Shown one piece after another: positions 46,348 through 59,500 of a DNA stretch of 64,000 nt. The stretch is from positions 88,350,001 to 88,414,000 of the forward strand of contig NC_042997.1 of the NCBI RefSeq assembly GCF_006345805.1, read 5' to 3'. The notes beneath the pieces were generated by a model that ran no database searches, was not told where the DNA came from, and saw only the letters and a list, made by a program, of their open reading frames with translations. The DNA is from Octopus sinensis (taxonomy: Eukaryota). The first letter of the stretch is position 1; the number at the start of each line of letters is the position of its first letter. Made by a program: the position numbers and the translations under genes.

Positions 46348-48599
46348 TTAATGATTTCATTCTAAAATATTGCAACAACTCCAGTTATCTCAACATAAAA
46401 CATTGTTTATTAAGTGCCATCCAATAAATGGACACAATTCTATCATGTGCCGTTTTTCACTCCCACATCATCTATTATTTAAGTTTACATCGATTTGTCC
46501 AGTGGGACACTCTGTGGGCTCTACAAGGTGATGTTAGATATACATGGACTCATTGTTGTGGCTTTACTCTTTTTTGACTTAGCACACTGACTGAGGTACA
46601 TTTGGTTCATTTTACATCATGGACAATTGAAGTTACATTTTGCCATTTTGCACTTCAGTTTGGAATCGTTGCAATGTTTTCTTCACTTACTTAAAAAGTT
46701 ATAACAGATATGATTGTTGTTATTGGTGTTTAGCACCAGATCAACCCTAATCAAGCTGACCTAGAAAGGCTTCCAGCCATTACCATCCAGCTTTTTTTAC
46801 ATGTAAAAATATATTGTCCTACTTGATTTTCCCGGGATGATAAGGTGTGATTAGGGGAAACTTGGTTGCTGTTTTTTGCAGGCTCAACAACCATGTACTT
46901 GGCTCATGCTAAGACATCAGAGTGTGAATGCTACACTGTGATCTATGACAGACCCAATAAAGCCCACAATATTTAACCAAAAGGATATGTATGAGACCTT
47001 CTAATATAGATTTTGAAGCTTACAAAGAGTAGTATGAAAATTCCCTCAGGTGTAAGATATGGATGGTAAGGTGCTGTGAAAGGAACAGATTACCAGAACT
47101 AGATAGACTGCCCTGTAAATTTAAGAATATCAGTTAAAGAGGAGATCTATCTTACACATTACACTGTTGAAGAATTAAGGGCAGATTTGGCTTTGATTAA
47201 TCTGAACCAGTTAAATCTGTTGAAATGAAATGCCAACCAGTATCTAGTGGCCTTCTTTAGGCCAGAAAATATTTCAGCACTGAACTACATTGGAGCACTG
47301 TTCACATTTCTAGAGTGGAGAGCTTTTCAGTAGAAGAAAAAGCAAAAATAAGGAAGCTTTTACCTCAAGATGAATTCAGAACAAAGTATCCAGTTTCACT
47401 TCACAAGGATCAGCAGAACTTGGTCATACCTACATGACATCACTTCTGCTTGCTTCCAGTCCTGACATCACTTTTCCTCCCTTGCTTTTGGTCACATTTC
47501 CCTTCACTCCTTCACACATTCACAAATATTTTAAATCACACATCAGAAAAATTGTCATTTGGCTATCTGGAAAACTTTCACTAATAAACTATAATTAGCT
47601 CATCAATATCCTGTGCTTGTAACAGTTTCTGCTCCAGAAAACTGTCAAAATCCACCTAATGAGCTTGGATTTTTTATTCCTCATATTACTGCTGTTTCTC
47701 TCTAAGGAACTGTACTTCTCCCTGCTTTTCCTCCATGGAATATTATCCCTTTCAAACTTCTTCTCAACACACACTTTCTGTGTAAATATTAACATATCAA
47801 AGTTCAAATTTAATGATTGCATTAATTCCACTGAAAAGGCTTATAAATACCATGGCTACTGCCCACACACATCCCATCATTTATCTACATACTAGAAAAA
47901 TTTTTAAAAACATTAGATAATTGAAAGTTGTAAACAGGCTCTGCTAATAGTGCCAGCATGGAACATGGACTTTGAATATATTAATGTGTCTGTGTGTATT
48001 TATATATTCATAAATATAACAAAACAATCATAATGTCTCAGCTTATTCATAAATAATTAGCAAAATAACTTATCTTCATCAAATCAATATGTCTTATCAT
48101 CTCCACTATGGAAAATAGCCAACCACTTGATCACTTGCCAATAAAGGGAACATGTGATCCAGTTAGATTAGAACAGTATAAATAGATGGTTATAAATACT
48201 AAGTTTTTCTATGTGAAGGATAGAGTATAGACTAGTAAGTAGTGGCTTCTGAGTAAGAGTTAGATGGACTCAGATACACAAGATAATCTAGAGAAGGAAG
48301 ATGTGAAAACTGAAAGATCCCTCTGCAAAGCATAGATTCATAGAGTAGGATGTGATAGAGATTACAACATAGAGGACAACTGTGAATTCTACAAGAAAAC
48401 CTGTTGTAAGTCATAGACAGGATCTGTGGTAGAAGTAAGGTACCAGCCAGGTAGACGAGGATATGGTAGTGGAATGGTACAGTAGACAGAATCATAAAAA
48501 CTAAGAAAAAGACTGATCCTCAGAAAGAGGATGTATAAGAAACATTATCAGGTGGCCAGGTATCAGGTGAACGTAGCACAGAGAGAAGATGTGCTACAA

Positions 48600-50340
48600 T
48601 GAGGATCAGAGGAATGAGATGTTCCAGACTATGAAGCAGTGTGTCAATTTGAATGCAAATATTGTTGGAAAAAATGTTTGAATGACAGTGGTGCATTTAC
48701 ACTCATCAGTATCAAGAATAAAGAGACTTGGAATGTTAATGCCAGACGTTGAATATGAAGAATGTTTGGTGGGAAAAAAGTCAATCCCAAACAGACCCAA
48801 CAGAAGGACAGCTCTTGATATTGACAGTGGCCTGGTCAAAAGTGCAATTAAGGATATAAAAAAGCAGGGAAGCTGCTGGCCAATCAGGGATAGTTACTAA
48901 AACACTGAAAGCATCTGTTGAAGTAGGGCTCAATTTAGTCACTCTTGTAATTAGCCAGGAAGTACAGATAAGAGCCATACACAATGATTGGCATAGCAGC
49001 AACATCTTGATCTATTACAAAGGCAAAGAAGGCAATGCTTTAGAACAAAACAACTATAGTGGCATCATATTAAAGGATGAAGTTATAAAAGTAGTAGAAA
49101 GAGTTGTGGCTCAACTCATTAAGAAGTAAGTTAGCTTAGATTTGCACCAGGTCTGGATATGGCAGATACTCTCTTCTTAGTGAGGCAACTTCAAGAGATG
49201 GGCTTGACTAAGTATAAATCATTGGTATTTGTTTATCTGTAGGAAGCTTTTAAAAAGGTTCTACACTCTGTAACTTGAAGGTATTTAAGAAAACTAGGTA
49301 TAAATATATGACTTGTGAGAGCTGTACAAGCAATATATAGAGATGCCATTAGTAAAGTGAGAGTCAACATGAGTTAAGTGAGTAATTTTCTGTGAAGGTA
49401 GGTGTTTGTTAAGGCTCAATTATTAGCTTGCTTCTATTTATTGCAGTTCTCCAAGCCAAAAGAAATGAGTTTAAGACTGGTTATTTATAGAAATTCCTGC
49501 ATGCCAATAACCTCACTCATATTTAAATCTGACAGAGATTTTAGTGAATAAATTCCAGATTGGGAAGTAAAATCTAAGTCTTGATTAGCAGGAAAGAAAA
49601 TAGGAAGCCACTGCCATAAAGAAATGGCTGTGAAGGGTAGTAGGTAGAAATTCCATACAATATGCCATCTCTAGACTACAGGTACACACAAGATGTAGTG
49701 AGATCACAAGTAGGCTGGCAAAAAGAAGACTTTGTATGTGGCAGATACACAAAAATAGAAAACATGAAATAAATTCTTTCAAATACTCAGAAGGCTTCCT
49801 AGAAGTAGTAGAGATTTTGTTATCCAGGTGACATAATTATTAGTAGAGAATAGTGTTCTCTGAAAGCATAGTAGCCAGAATAAGAACAAAATGGAAAAAA
49901 GTTTAGATAATTAATAACTCTGTTGACATCAAAAGTATTCTGTCTTCAAAGGAAGGATAGATTATATGATGCTTGTGTATAAAGTGCTATGTTGCATAGT
50001 GGCAAAAACGTAAGCATTAAATGTGGAGGATGTGCAAAGGCTGGAATGAAATATAGTAAGTATGCTCCACTGGATGCATTGTATTAGTGTGCATGAATGA
50101 CAAAGCGCAAATGAGCACAGAGTAAAACTAAGTATAAGAGGAATAAGATGCAGTAGACAAGATTATGCTTGTACAGACATATAATATATATGGGTGGGAA
50201 TCATGAAAGCTAGTTTCAAGAGGATGAATCTCATAAAATTGATGACAAAGGAATAAAGAAATTGGCAATATTGTGTGTTTGAAAAGACCCATTCAACCTA
50301 TATGTAAATAAAAACGATATAAAAATAATGATGAGATGAC
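48600..50340 (+). mobile_element. Highly degenerate RTE-type LINE (RT region to 3' tail)
   Basis: Broken segments homologous to the better copy at 50.7-51.9 kb (YKGKEGNALEQNNYSGI-like, LFVYL.EAF-like); ends in an ATG-rich tail. Confidence 0.65.
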
Positions 50341-50699
50341 AATATAACCATCAGGACTTCATTGTATACAATATTTCACTAGAATGTTCACAGACTAAAT
50401 TGAAAAATAATTATAGTCATGAATATTCAAATATGCATATGTTGTGCCTAAATATAATTGTGTTTCTTAACACAAATGTATATAATAAGTAAATTTGAAT
50501 TTCTGTTTATCTCCAGCTGAGAATGTTTAGGGTTATATCCATACAAATATAACAAGATTAATATGCAGAGTTCTAATTCACTCAATTTTTTTAAACTCTT
50601 GACAACATGATCATAAGCTATCAGCTTTCATAATTCAGTTTAAACTAATTGAATTAGACATACATAATGATTGCATTCATACAAACAAAACTGGTGGTG

Positions 50700-51920
50700 T
50701 CTGTATGAGAGCAAAAGTGAGGTATGCCAGCTTTGGAAGGCAGCCAGAAAGACAACTCCAGGAATAAACCTTTTCTACCCATGAGTGCATGTGAAAAAGC
50801 AAAAGAAGTCAATCTCATCAACAAATCAGATAGAAAGATTACTCAGAACCCTCTGATCCTATTTATCCTGAAGAGAAGAGGAAGACACAATCAATGGAAA
50901 AATAGTGGTTGTATCAGAGGCTCCTGACACCTCAAACATAAGGATATGAACATTCAAATGAAGGAATTCAAAAACACAATTGTGTCCCATTATAATGTGT
51001 ATATATATATATATCCATTTAGACGCTTATAATATCTGGCAGTGTGGGTTATGGTCTGGTCACCCATATTGTAAATCAGGTGATTCATGAAGGAGCTATA
51101 CCCAATGAATGGTGAGGCAGCACCATAGTCAACTGCTACAAAGGTAAAGACAATGCCTTAGACAGAAATAATTTCAGAGGTATCAAATTGCTGGATCAGG
51201 GGATGAAAGTTACAGAGAGAGTCACAGCCCAACTTAGGGAGAGAGTTAGCTTAGATGAGATGCAGTTTGGTTTTGTGCCAAGGAGGAGCACCACTGATGC
51301 TATATTTCTGGTGAGGCAGCTGCAGGAGAAATACATAGCCAAAGATAAAATTCTGTACTTGGCCTCTGTTGACTTGGAGAAAGCCTTTGACAGCCCCTAC
51401 CCACCCTGCAATCCCTTATCTGGTGGTCAATGAGGAAACTAGGGATAGATGAGTGGGTTTGAGAGCTGTACAAGATAGGTACGGGAATACTACCAGAAAG
51501 GTGAGAGTTGGCAATGAGTACAGTGAAGAATTCAGGGTACAAGTAGGGATTCACCAAGGATTAGTCCTCAGCCCCCTATTGTTCATTATAGTCCTCCAAG
51601 CAATCACAGAGGAATTCAAGACTGGCTGCCCCTGGGAGTTCCTCTACATTGATGACCTTGCTCTTATAGCTGAAGTTCCATCTATGAAAGCAAGGTCTAG
51701 AATCAAAGGACCTTAGAGTAAACCTAGCAAAAACCAAAATCTTAATAAGTAGGAAGGCAGACAAATCACAAATCCCTTCAAGTAGATGGCCCTGCTCAAT
51801 CTGTAGAAAAGGTGAAAAGGTGTAGGTAGAAACTCCATAAGATTCACCCAGTGTAAGCTTTGCACACATAAAAGGTGCAGCATAGACAACAGATGTTAGA
51901 TGATGAAGATGATAATAATA
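50700..51920 (+). mobile_element. RTE-type LINE reverse transcriptase fragment
   Basis: YKGKDNALDRNNFRGIKLL, QFGFVPRRSTTDAIF, VDLEKAFD, HQGLVLSPLLF, LYIDDLAL; frameshifted. Confidence 0.9.
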
Positions 51921-51933
51921 ATGATATACATAT

Positions 51934-52025
51934 GCATGTATGTATGTATGTATGTATGTATGTATGTATGTATGTATGTATGTATGTATGTATGTATGTA
52001 TGTATGTATGTATGTATGTATGTAT
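51934..52025. repeat. (TATG)n tetranucleotide microsatellite
   Basis: Direct reading. Confidence 0.95.
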
Positions 52026-52101
52026 GTGTGTACCATGAAGTGTTTTGTGTCTTAATTCAGTCTAAATATTATATACACAGAATGCTACAAAGTTACTTTA
52101 A

Positions 52102-52322
52102 CCCTTTAGCATTCAGATTCTTCTGTCAAATGTATTGCTTATTTAGTCGCATTATTTTGATTTACTCATGCATTATCTTTTTGTGTTGAGATTCAATGAT
52201 GTGCTCGTATATTTTTAGTATGGCAACATAGGGTGGGTGTGAAAGGCTGAAAATGGCCTGAAAATGGCCATAGAACAGGTATAATATTTAGGCCGGATAT
52301 GACTGGTTTAAATGCTAAAGAG
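52102..52322 (+). mobile_element. piggyBac-type MITE, 221 bp
   Basis: TTAA-CCCTTTAGCATT ... AATGCTAAAGAG-TTAA; internal similarity to 46128-46347. Confidence 0.85.
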
Positions 52323-52904
52323 TTAAAACTAAGATAACATTTTTAATAAAAAAAAAAGTAAAGGTGAAAGTGAGCTTCCAATTCTACACACCAATCATCA
52401 AATTTGAGTGAAGTTAAATCTGAGATTATTGATTATTGGCAGCAACACCCTAATCTTAAGAAAGTCTTAACAAAAGTCATTTACACCAAAAGAAAGTAAG
52501 AATGCAACCCAATATATGAAACTTGTTGCAGAAAGTGACTTTATTGAACAGGATGAAATTATAAATTCAACAATGGAAAAGTTCAAAGCTAATGCAAATA
52601 TGAATTGCAAATCAAAAAATCTAACTTTATTACATGATTGCAATGCAAGGAAAGGGAACTAAATCAGTCAAACAGGAACAAAGTGAATAAGCTTAGAGTA
52701 CACATGTAGCAAATCATGGATCCATAAGAATGCTCTCTGTATTTTTGTATGTACAAATGCAAAATCTAAAATATTCCCCTTTATCAAAATATTTTATAAA
52801 GATTTTTCATCTGAAATTGAACTGGAAAGAATTAGTGGTAATTACTACAAAATATAGATGGTTACTGTTTGAAAAGCTGACACAACAGCTAACAGTTTTC
52901 ATTA

Positions 52905-54169
52905 TATTGGGTTGTCTGCAAAGTTCATGCCAATTTTTAAAGGAAAGAAAAAGGTCAATAAATACTTGCCATTACATTTTTAATCAACCAAATATGAACC
53001 ATTTTGTTGCACAATGCGTCTCCATCTTTCCTTTAACTTGAAAATACCCTCTTCCCAGAATTGAGGTGGTTTCATGGCAAACAATCCATCAAGGTATCTT
53101 TTTACATCATTCAAGGAATTGAAATTTTTACCATTAACACTATTCTACAGAGACCTGAATAAGTGGAAATCTGAAGGAGCAATATCTGGTGAATATGGAG
53201 GATGGGGTAACATATCCCAGCCGAGCTGCAACAATTTTTGCCTGGTTCCCAAAGAAACGTGCAGTCTTGCATTATCATGTTGGAAAACAACACCCTTCCT
53301 GTTGGCCAATTCTGGTCATTTCTCATGAATTGCTGCGTTTAACTCGTCCAGTTGTGTGCAGTATTTCTTAAAATTAATTGTCTGGTTACTTAGGAGAAGC
53401 TCATAGTACAGAATTCTTTTCCAATCCCACCAGACACAAAGTAAGACTTTTTTAGGGTGAAGACCCGCTTTTGGGGTGGCTCATGTCGCTTACTTCAGGA
53501 TTGCTTCCTCTGAACATTTTGGTAGATAATCCATTTCTCATCACCTGTCACAATTTGCTTTAAAAAAGCACGTTTTCATTCTGTTTATAAAGTGAATCAC
53601 AGATGGAAATGCGAGCCAAACGATTCTTCTCACTCAACTCATGTGGTACCCAAACATCATAGTGATTTGTGTACCCAAGCTTTACCAGGTGCTCATGAAT
53701 GATGGATTTTGATAGGTTGAGGGTTTTTGCCAATTCTCGGGTTGTGCAATGTGGGTTATTCTCAATTAATGACTTGATTTGGTCATCATCTGCAGTGGAT
53801 AGTCTGTCTGATTGCTCTTTATCAATAAGGCTACAATCTCCAGCTCAGAACCTTATGAACCACTTCCATACAGTTCTTTCGGATAAAGAAACATCACCAT
53901 AAACTGTGTATATTTCTTTGGTTGCTTGTGAGGCATTTTTCCCTTTACGGAAAAAGAAAAGCATCAAGTGCTGAAAATGAACTTTCTTATCTTCCATCTT
54001 AAAGGGTTACAGGTTATAGGAACATAAACCTTCTTCCACAAAAAGATAGCTTAAAATATGCTCTAAATGGAGGTGTAGTCAAATCCTATTTTATGGTTCA
54101 ACCATGTTCTAAAATAAGTCGAAAGGTAAGATATTATAAATTGGCACAAACTTTCCGGACAACTTAATA
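52905..54169 (-). mobile_element. Full-length defective mariner (DD34D) transposon, about 1.26 kb
   Basis: 32-bp TIRs including TA (26/32 identical); ATG at 53997 MEDKKVHFQHLMLFLFRKGKNA; [34 protein letters not shown]; stops and frameshifts. Confidence 0.93.
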
Positions 54170-54354
54170 TCATTCATCAGAGTGGAGCCAATCTGTTTTA
54201 CTAATTTCCTTTAAATTTTTTTAAATTGTAAAATTTTCTAATGATTTGGGTTTTTCAAATATTGTGACTACTTCAATAACTTACTTTTATTTTAAATCTC
54301 TGTGTGGCTGTGTGGCTGTGTGTGTGTGTATGTAAATAGGATCTTCAAGAACAC

Positions 54355-54517
54355 AACAAGAAGCTTGTTTCCCAACCACATGGTTCTGGGTTCAGTCCCA
54401 CTGTGTGGCACCTTAGGTAAGTGTCTTAGCCTTAGATTACCAAACCTGTGAGTGGATTTTGTAGACAGAAACTGAAAGAATCCCATCGTATATGTATATA
54501 TATATATCATATACATA

Positions 54518-54607
<90 letters not shown>

Positions 54608-54790
54608 TGTCTGTGTTTGCCCCCCATCACTGCTTGACAACCAGTGTTGGGTGTGTCATATCCCCCTAAACTAGCAGTTTGGCAAAAGAGACCAATAGAA
54701 TAAGTACCGGACTTAACAAACAAGGAAGAAAAAAAAATAAGTGCTAGGGTTGATTCATTCACCGAAAAATTCTTCAAGCCAGTAAAAGAT
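54355..54790 (+). mobile_element. SINE family A with an expanded internal (TG)n of about 80 bp
   Basis: Head at 54355, (TG)n 54521-54601, 3' body GAGACCAATAGAATAAGTACC. Confidence 0.82.
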
Positions 54791-55194
54791 AAAAGATTTT
54801 TAAATGAAGAATAATTCACTGAAAATGCTCAACAGATAATTATAAATAGTAAGGAATTACTCTGGGCAATAACATTAATCTAAAATGTACACATATATTT
54901 ATGACTGCTGATGATGGTATGTTCTCTGAAAATTAGTCATGGTTCTGCATATGAATTCATCTGCAGCAAGCTTTGCTTATGAAGAGTTATTACAACTCTG
55001 GACATCAGAGTCATCTTCTCTGGATTTTCAGCTATAAAATTCTAGCATTTCACTAATATGATGTGGTGTTTCTGCTGGATTTTCTAAACCTTATGTTCCA
55101 GAGAGTCATAGATGAACCATCTTCTCTGTTCTCCATAATTTATCTCATCCAGATATTTTAACAATGGCAAGATTAATTTCAAATCATTTTGTTT

Positions 55195-56190
55195 GGCCTA
55201 TTCTGCAAAAGTACATTCTCCTGCCAAAAAGCCAAGGTTAAGCACACTTTCCCTACTCCTGATGCTTATTTCAAGCATATCCATGTAGATATCATGGGTC
55301 ATCTTCAATCAAGTCAAGATAAAATGTATCTTTTGATCTGCATACACCATTTTTTCCAGATGGTCTGAAGCCATACCAATTAAGGACATTTCATCCCTCT
55401 AATGGCCAAATAGATTTCATATTTTGGAGCACCTATGACAATAACAACCAACAGAGGTCATCAGTTTGAATCTAGTCTTTTTGACAACCTATCTAACTTG
55501 CTAGGTAAGCATTAAATTCATACTACAGCTTACCATCCTATGTCTAACAGAATGATAGAACGTTTTTATCGTCAGCTTAAAGCAGTTTTATGCAGCTTTA
55601 CAAGTACATTCTGATTCAGATAGATGATTAGAAGACCTGCTGGTTGTGTTACTAGATTTATGTGTACCACTGTTAAGAAAAACCCAGGTTACTCCTTAGC
55701 AGAATTACTGTATGGTTTGGCACTTACACTGCCTGTTCAAATGATATTGTCTATAGTTACTCAACATGATTCTACCAATTATATTCATCAGCTGTGAAAT
55801 TACAGTCTCCTTAATAATAGGACTGCAGTTGATTAAAACTTTTGTTCTACCAATGTCAATACCTGGACTCATGTAATTGTATGCAATGATGTAGTTAAGT
55901 ATCCCTTGCAGAGAGTTAATTCTAGATTGTACCATGCATTAAAAGCTACACCAAAGTAAATGGTTTTGGACATTCAAGGAAGACAAGAGACTGTCAAAGT
56001 TGATTGATTTCAGCAGCCTTTTGTCATGTCTATTCCCCTCCCACAAAACTCCTCCTCCTCTTTGTCACACCCACACAATCTACACATAAACATAATGCTT
56101 TATCTATCAACAGTACATTTCATACTGATAGAGTAAGCAAGAGTGGAAGAAAAGTACATTGGCCAGCCAGATACATTTGCACTTATTTTT
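55195..56190 (+). mobile_element. Ty3/Gypsy integrase remnant
   Basis: FKHIHVDIMGHL, FGAPMTITTNRGHQFES, TTAYHPMSNRMIERFYRQLKA, C-terminal SKSGRKVHWPAR; stops and frameshifts. Confidence 0.85.
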
Positions 56191-56446
56191 ATTAACACCA
56201 AAACACACACAAAAATTCTTTTTAAAGTTACCTGAAAAAAAAAAAGAACTGCAGAACTTTGCATTTTCTATGAACTTTTCATTGTGGCATGAACATATCT
56301 TTCAAGAATTTTTCAGTATTCAGTGCATGTCGTTTTTTTTTTTCTTTTAGCACTTGCATTGGTCTCTCTCTCTCTCTCTCTTTTTATGTAAATTCTCTTT
56401 TTATTGTTTAGTTCTTACATTTTATGCAAAGAACTGTAAAAGGACT

Positions 56447-57045
56447 TGTAGTGAACTCTAGTGAGCTTCCCCACTTATATTAAGTACATACAAACATAGC
56501 AGGTAACAGCTAGCCTTTGGGTGCTGTTTTGGACCCCGTTGTGTTTACCACTCTGATTGGTTGACATTGGCGCAATTTGTTTCATACTCTATTGTGCACC
56601 AATATGCAACCCAACCAATCACAACCTGCAAATAAGTCATGTGAGACAGTCTGTTCCAAACAAGCATTTGAGCCTACCCATCAGCTATAAAAACTCGCCT
56701 CTTCCTAGACCCAACGTCAATTGGTCCCAGACTTTCTAAGGCCTAACCACTGACCACCTTGCAGTGACCTCCATCTTCATTGCCACACCAGATGTCTCTC
56801 ACCAACGTCGTCAACATCTACACAGCACCAACACATTGCTCTGATTCCTACATCGCTGTTCATGAGCTTCTCACCAGGGTTAACAGCTTACATACAACCC
56901 ATGCAGATGTCTGTAAATACATATAAAAGTCCATCGACCATTCTATTCATCATTCCATTGTGTATATATGTGTGTGACCACAATAAACATGCTAAAGTTA
57001 CCACCTTGTGTTTTATACATTCTTTACCAGGTTCCTACCACCACA
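56447..57045 (+). mobile_element. Possible 3' LTR of the Gypsy element
   Basis: Starts TGTAG shortly after the integrase end, AATAAA near 56982, ends in CA; no second copy in the window. Confidence 0.25.
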
Positions 57046-58123
57046 AGAACATAACTACCTTCTGAGAGTTTCATTAGATGACACCACAACATATAACATC
57101 TAAAGACTATTTGTAGAGTGATTCAAAATCTAACTGCTTGGTAACCAGTCATGCATCATGATCAAACCATAGTAGTTTCATATCATTGGTCTATTAAGCA
57201 ATACTGCCATAAACTCCTAGCAGTATGCCTCTCCTAGTAATAACTGTTGCTGTTATTATTTGTTTGTAAAAGACCAATGTCAGTTACTTCACACAGTTTT
57301 ATTCATCAACCCAATCGGTCATCACCTCAGACCAACCAACAAAAGCCTGCTAGTGCTATGACTTTGCAAGATGAGTACCAAGAAAGCATACCAAAGAAAA
57401 TAAGCATAATAGTATGGAGATCTGTTAACATTTACTTGATTGCTACAATGATGAAAGCAAAGCTTTTTTTGAGAGAACAGTCACAAGAGATAAGACCTGA
57501 AGCAATCACTTTGAGCCAGAATCCAAAAGGCAGAGCATGGCATGGAAAGATCTGGAATCACCAGCCAAAAAGAAATTCAAGATTCACAGAATAACTGAAG
57601 CTAACCAGTTTTGGGACACAAAAGGGACTATATTGGAACATTACCTGGAAGAGGTGTCTACAGCCTCCAGTGTAGGCTAGAGTGAAATGCTGGCCAACAA
57701 ACTGAAACTGGTAATTCACATAACACCAAAGTCATTAGTCAAATCAAGTGTTAATATTGCATGACAATACACACCCGCATATGGCCATCCACATCGTTGA
57801 AACCACTGAAAAATTGAGTTTTGAGTTGCTGTAACATCCTGCACACAGTCCACATCTAGCCTCCTCCAACTATCATATCTTTGGACCACTCAAACATTCT
57901 TTACTAAGTCATTGATTTGTTACAGACAAAGAAGCACAAGAAGCAATGCATAAATGGCTACATGACCAGCCAAAATCTTCTCCAATGGAATAAGCAAGCT
58001 TGTTGACCACAGGAAGAAGTGCATTGAAAAACAAGGAGATTATGTTGAAAAATGATGTAATTGTTCAAACCCTGCTTTTGTTAATAAACTAAACAAGTGT
58101 GCATATAATTTCTGTCTTACCCT

Positions 58124-58156
<33 letters not shown>

Positions 58157-58158
<2 letters not shown>

Positions 58159-58460
58159 CAACAATCAAGGAACGGCCATAATAGGCCATTCACCCACTAG
58201 AAATAACAGCCAAAGCTTCAACCGCAAATAAAAATCAATTCCGTAAACAGGAGAAAATTTAAAAAACATTTACCCTGTAATTTCTTATACGATGCACCGT
58301 TTCATCTGCTGATGAAACGGTGCATCGTATAAGAAATTACAGGGTAAATGTTTTTTAAATTTTCTCCTGTTTACGGAATTGATTTTTATTTGCGGTTGAA
58401 GCTTTGGCTGTTATTTCTAGTGGGTGAATGGCCTATTATGGCCGTTCCTTGATTGTTGAT
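58157..58460. repeat. Perfect palindrome: two 150-bp arms with a 4-nt loop (TGCT)
   Basis: 58157-58306 is the exact reverse complement of 58311-58460 on base-by-base reading; flanked by TA microsatellite. Confidence 0.95.
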
Positions 58461-58560
58461 GTTGAACTTAAAAATGGTCTATGACTATTTAATTTTTTCC
58501 CACTAGGCCGCTGGTGGCAAAAAATTCTACAAAATTTTTTTTTGCCACCCTATATTGATT

Positions 58561-58619
<59 letters not shown>

Positions 58620-58757
58620 AACATGTAATGTTACCTATTGTATCAGTGAAATTTTTCTGATAATTCTCAAAACTGAGAATTTTTCACAAATTGCTGTTGT
58701 TGTTGCTGTTGTAGCTGGCTGTTATCTTTTGTTACAGTTTGATTTTTAAATAAATAA

Positions 58758-58762
<5 letters not shown>

Positions 58763-58850
<88 letters not shown>

Positions 58851-58880
58851 TAGATATAGATATATAGATATATATATATA
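58763..58880. repeat. Long (TA)n microsatellite
   Basis: Direct reading. Confidence 0.95.
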
Positions 58881-59500
58881 TAATGTCATAGACTCCATTC
58901 TACAAACCTGAGATGAGACATCAGTTGCATAATGTTAATTTAATGCTATCAATATCTAGCAAAGAAAAGTATGTTGGAAATCCTAGTTTGTAATATGATA
59001 AAAATCAACTTAGAAGTAATAAGTTTACCTTCTGCTTTGTGGATGTTGAATGTCATCTAGATATTCAAATGTCAAGGAAATTTATATTCAATACATTTTT
59101 TTTTTAAATTTCCTACCTCAATGTTAAGGTGCCTTGCAGATGATCATATATCTGAATGTGCTAATAGATTGAGAAATGCTTCTTCACATGGATAGAATGT
59201 TTTATATGAGAGTATGATTTATTGCTCTCTATTTCAAATTAATGAAACATTTCTCAGTTACATGCTGACCACTTTTAGCTAATTTCTGTGAACTGTTCTA
59301 CCCTAACTAGTAAAGAGGATTGAACTAGTAAAAGTTAAATGTATTGACTATGAACAAAGTAGAATGTCAGTGACAAGGGTGTCAACCTTTAAATTTTTAA
59401 TTGGTCAGCTGATACTCTATTGAGTTGATAAGTTGAATAATTGATGCTTGAACATTACATTTGTTACTGAGCTTTGTTGTAATATAGATATCTAGCCATA

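Noticed and set aside
54138-54180. Minus-strand CTGATGA...GAAA pattern
   Set aside because: The GAAA belongs to the mariner TIR and no stems form
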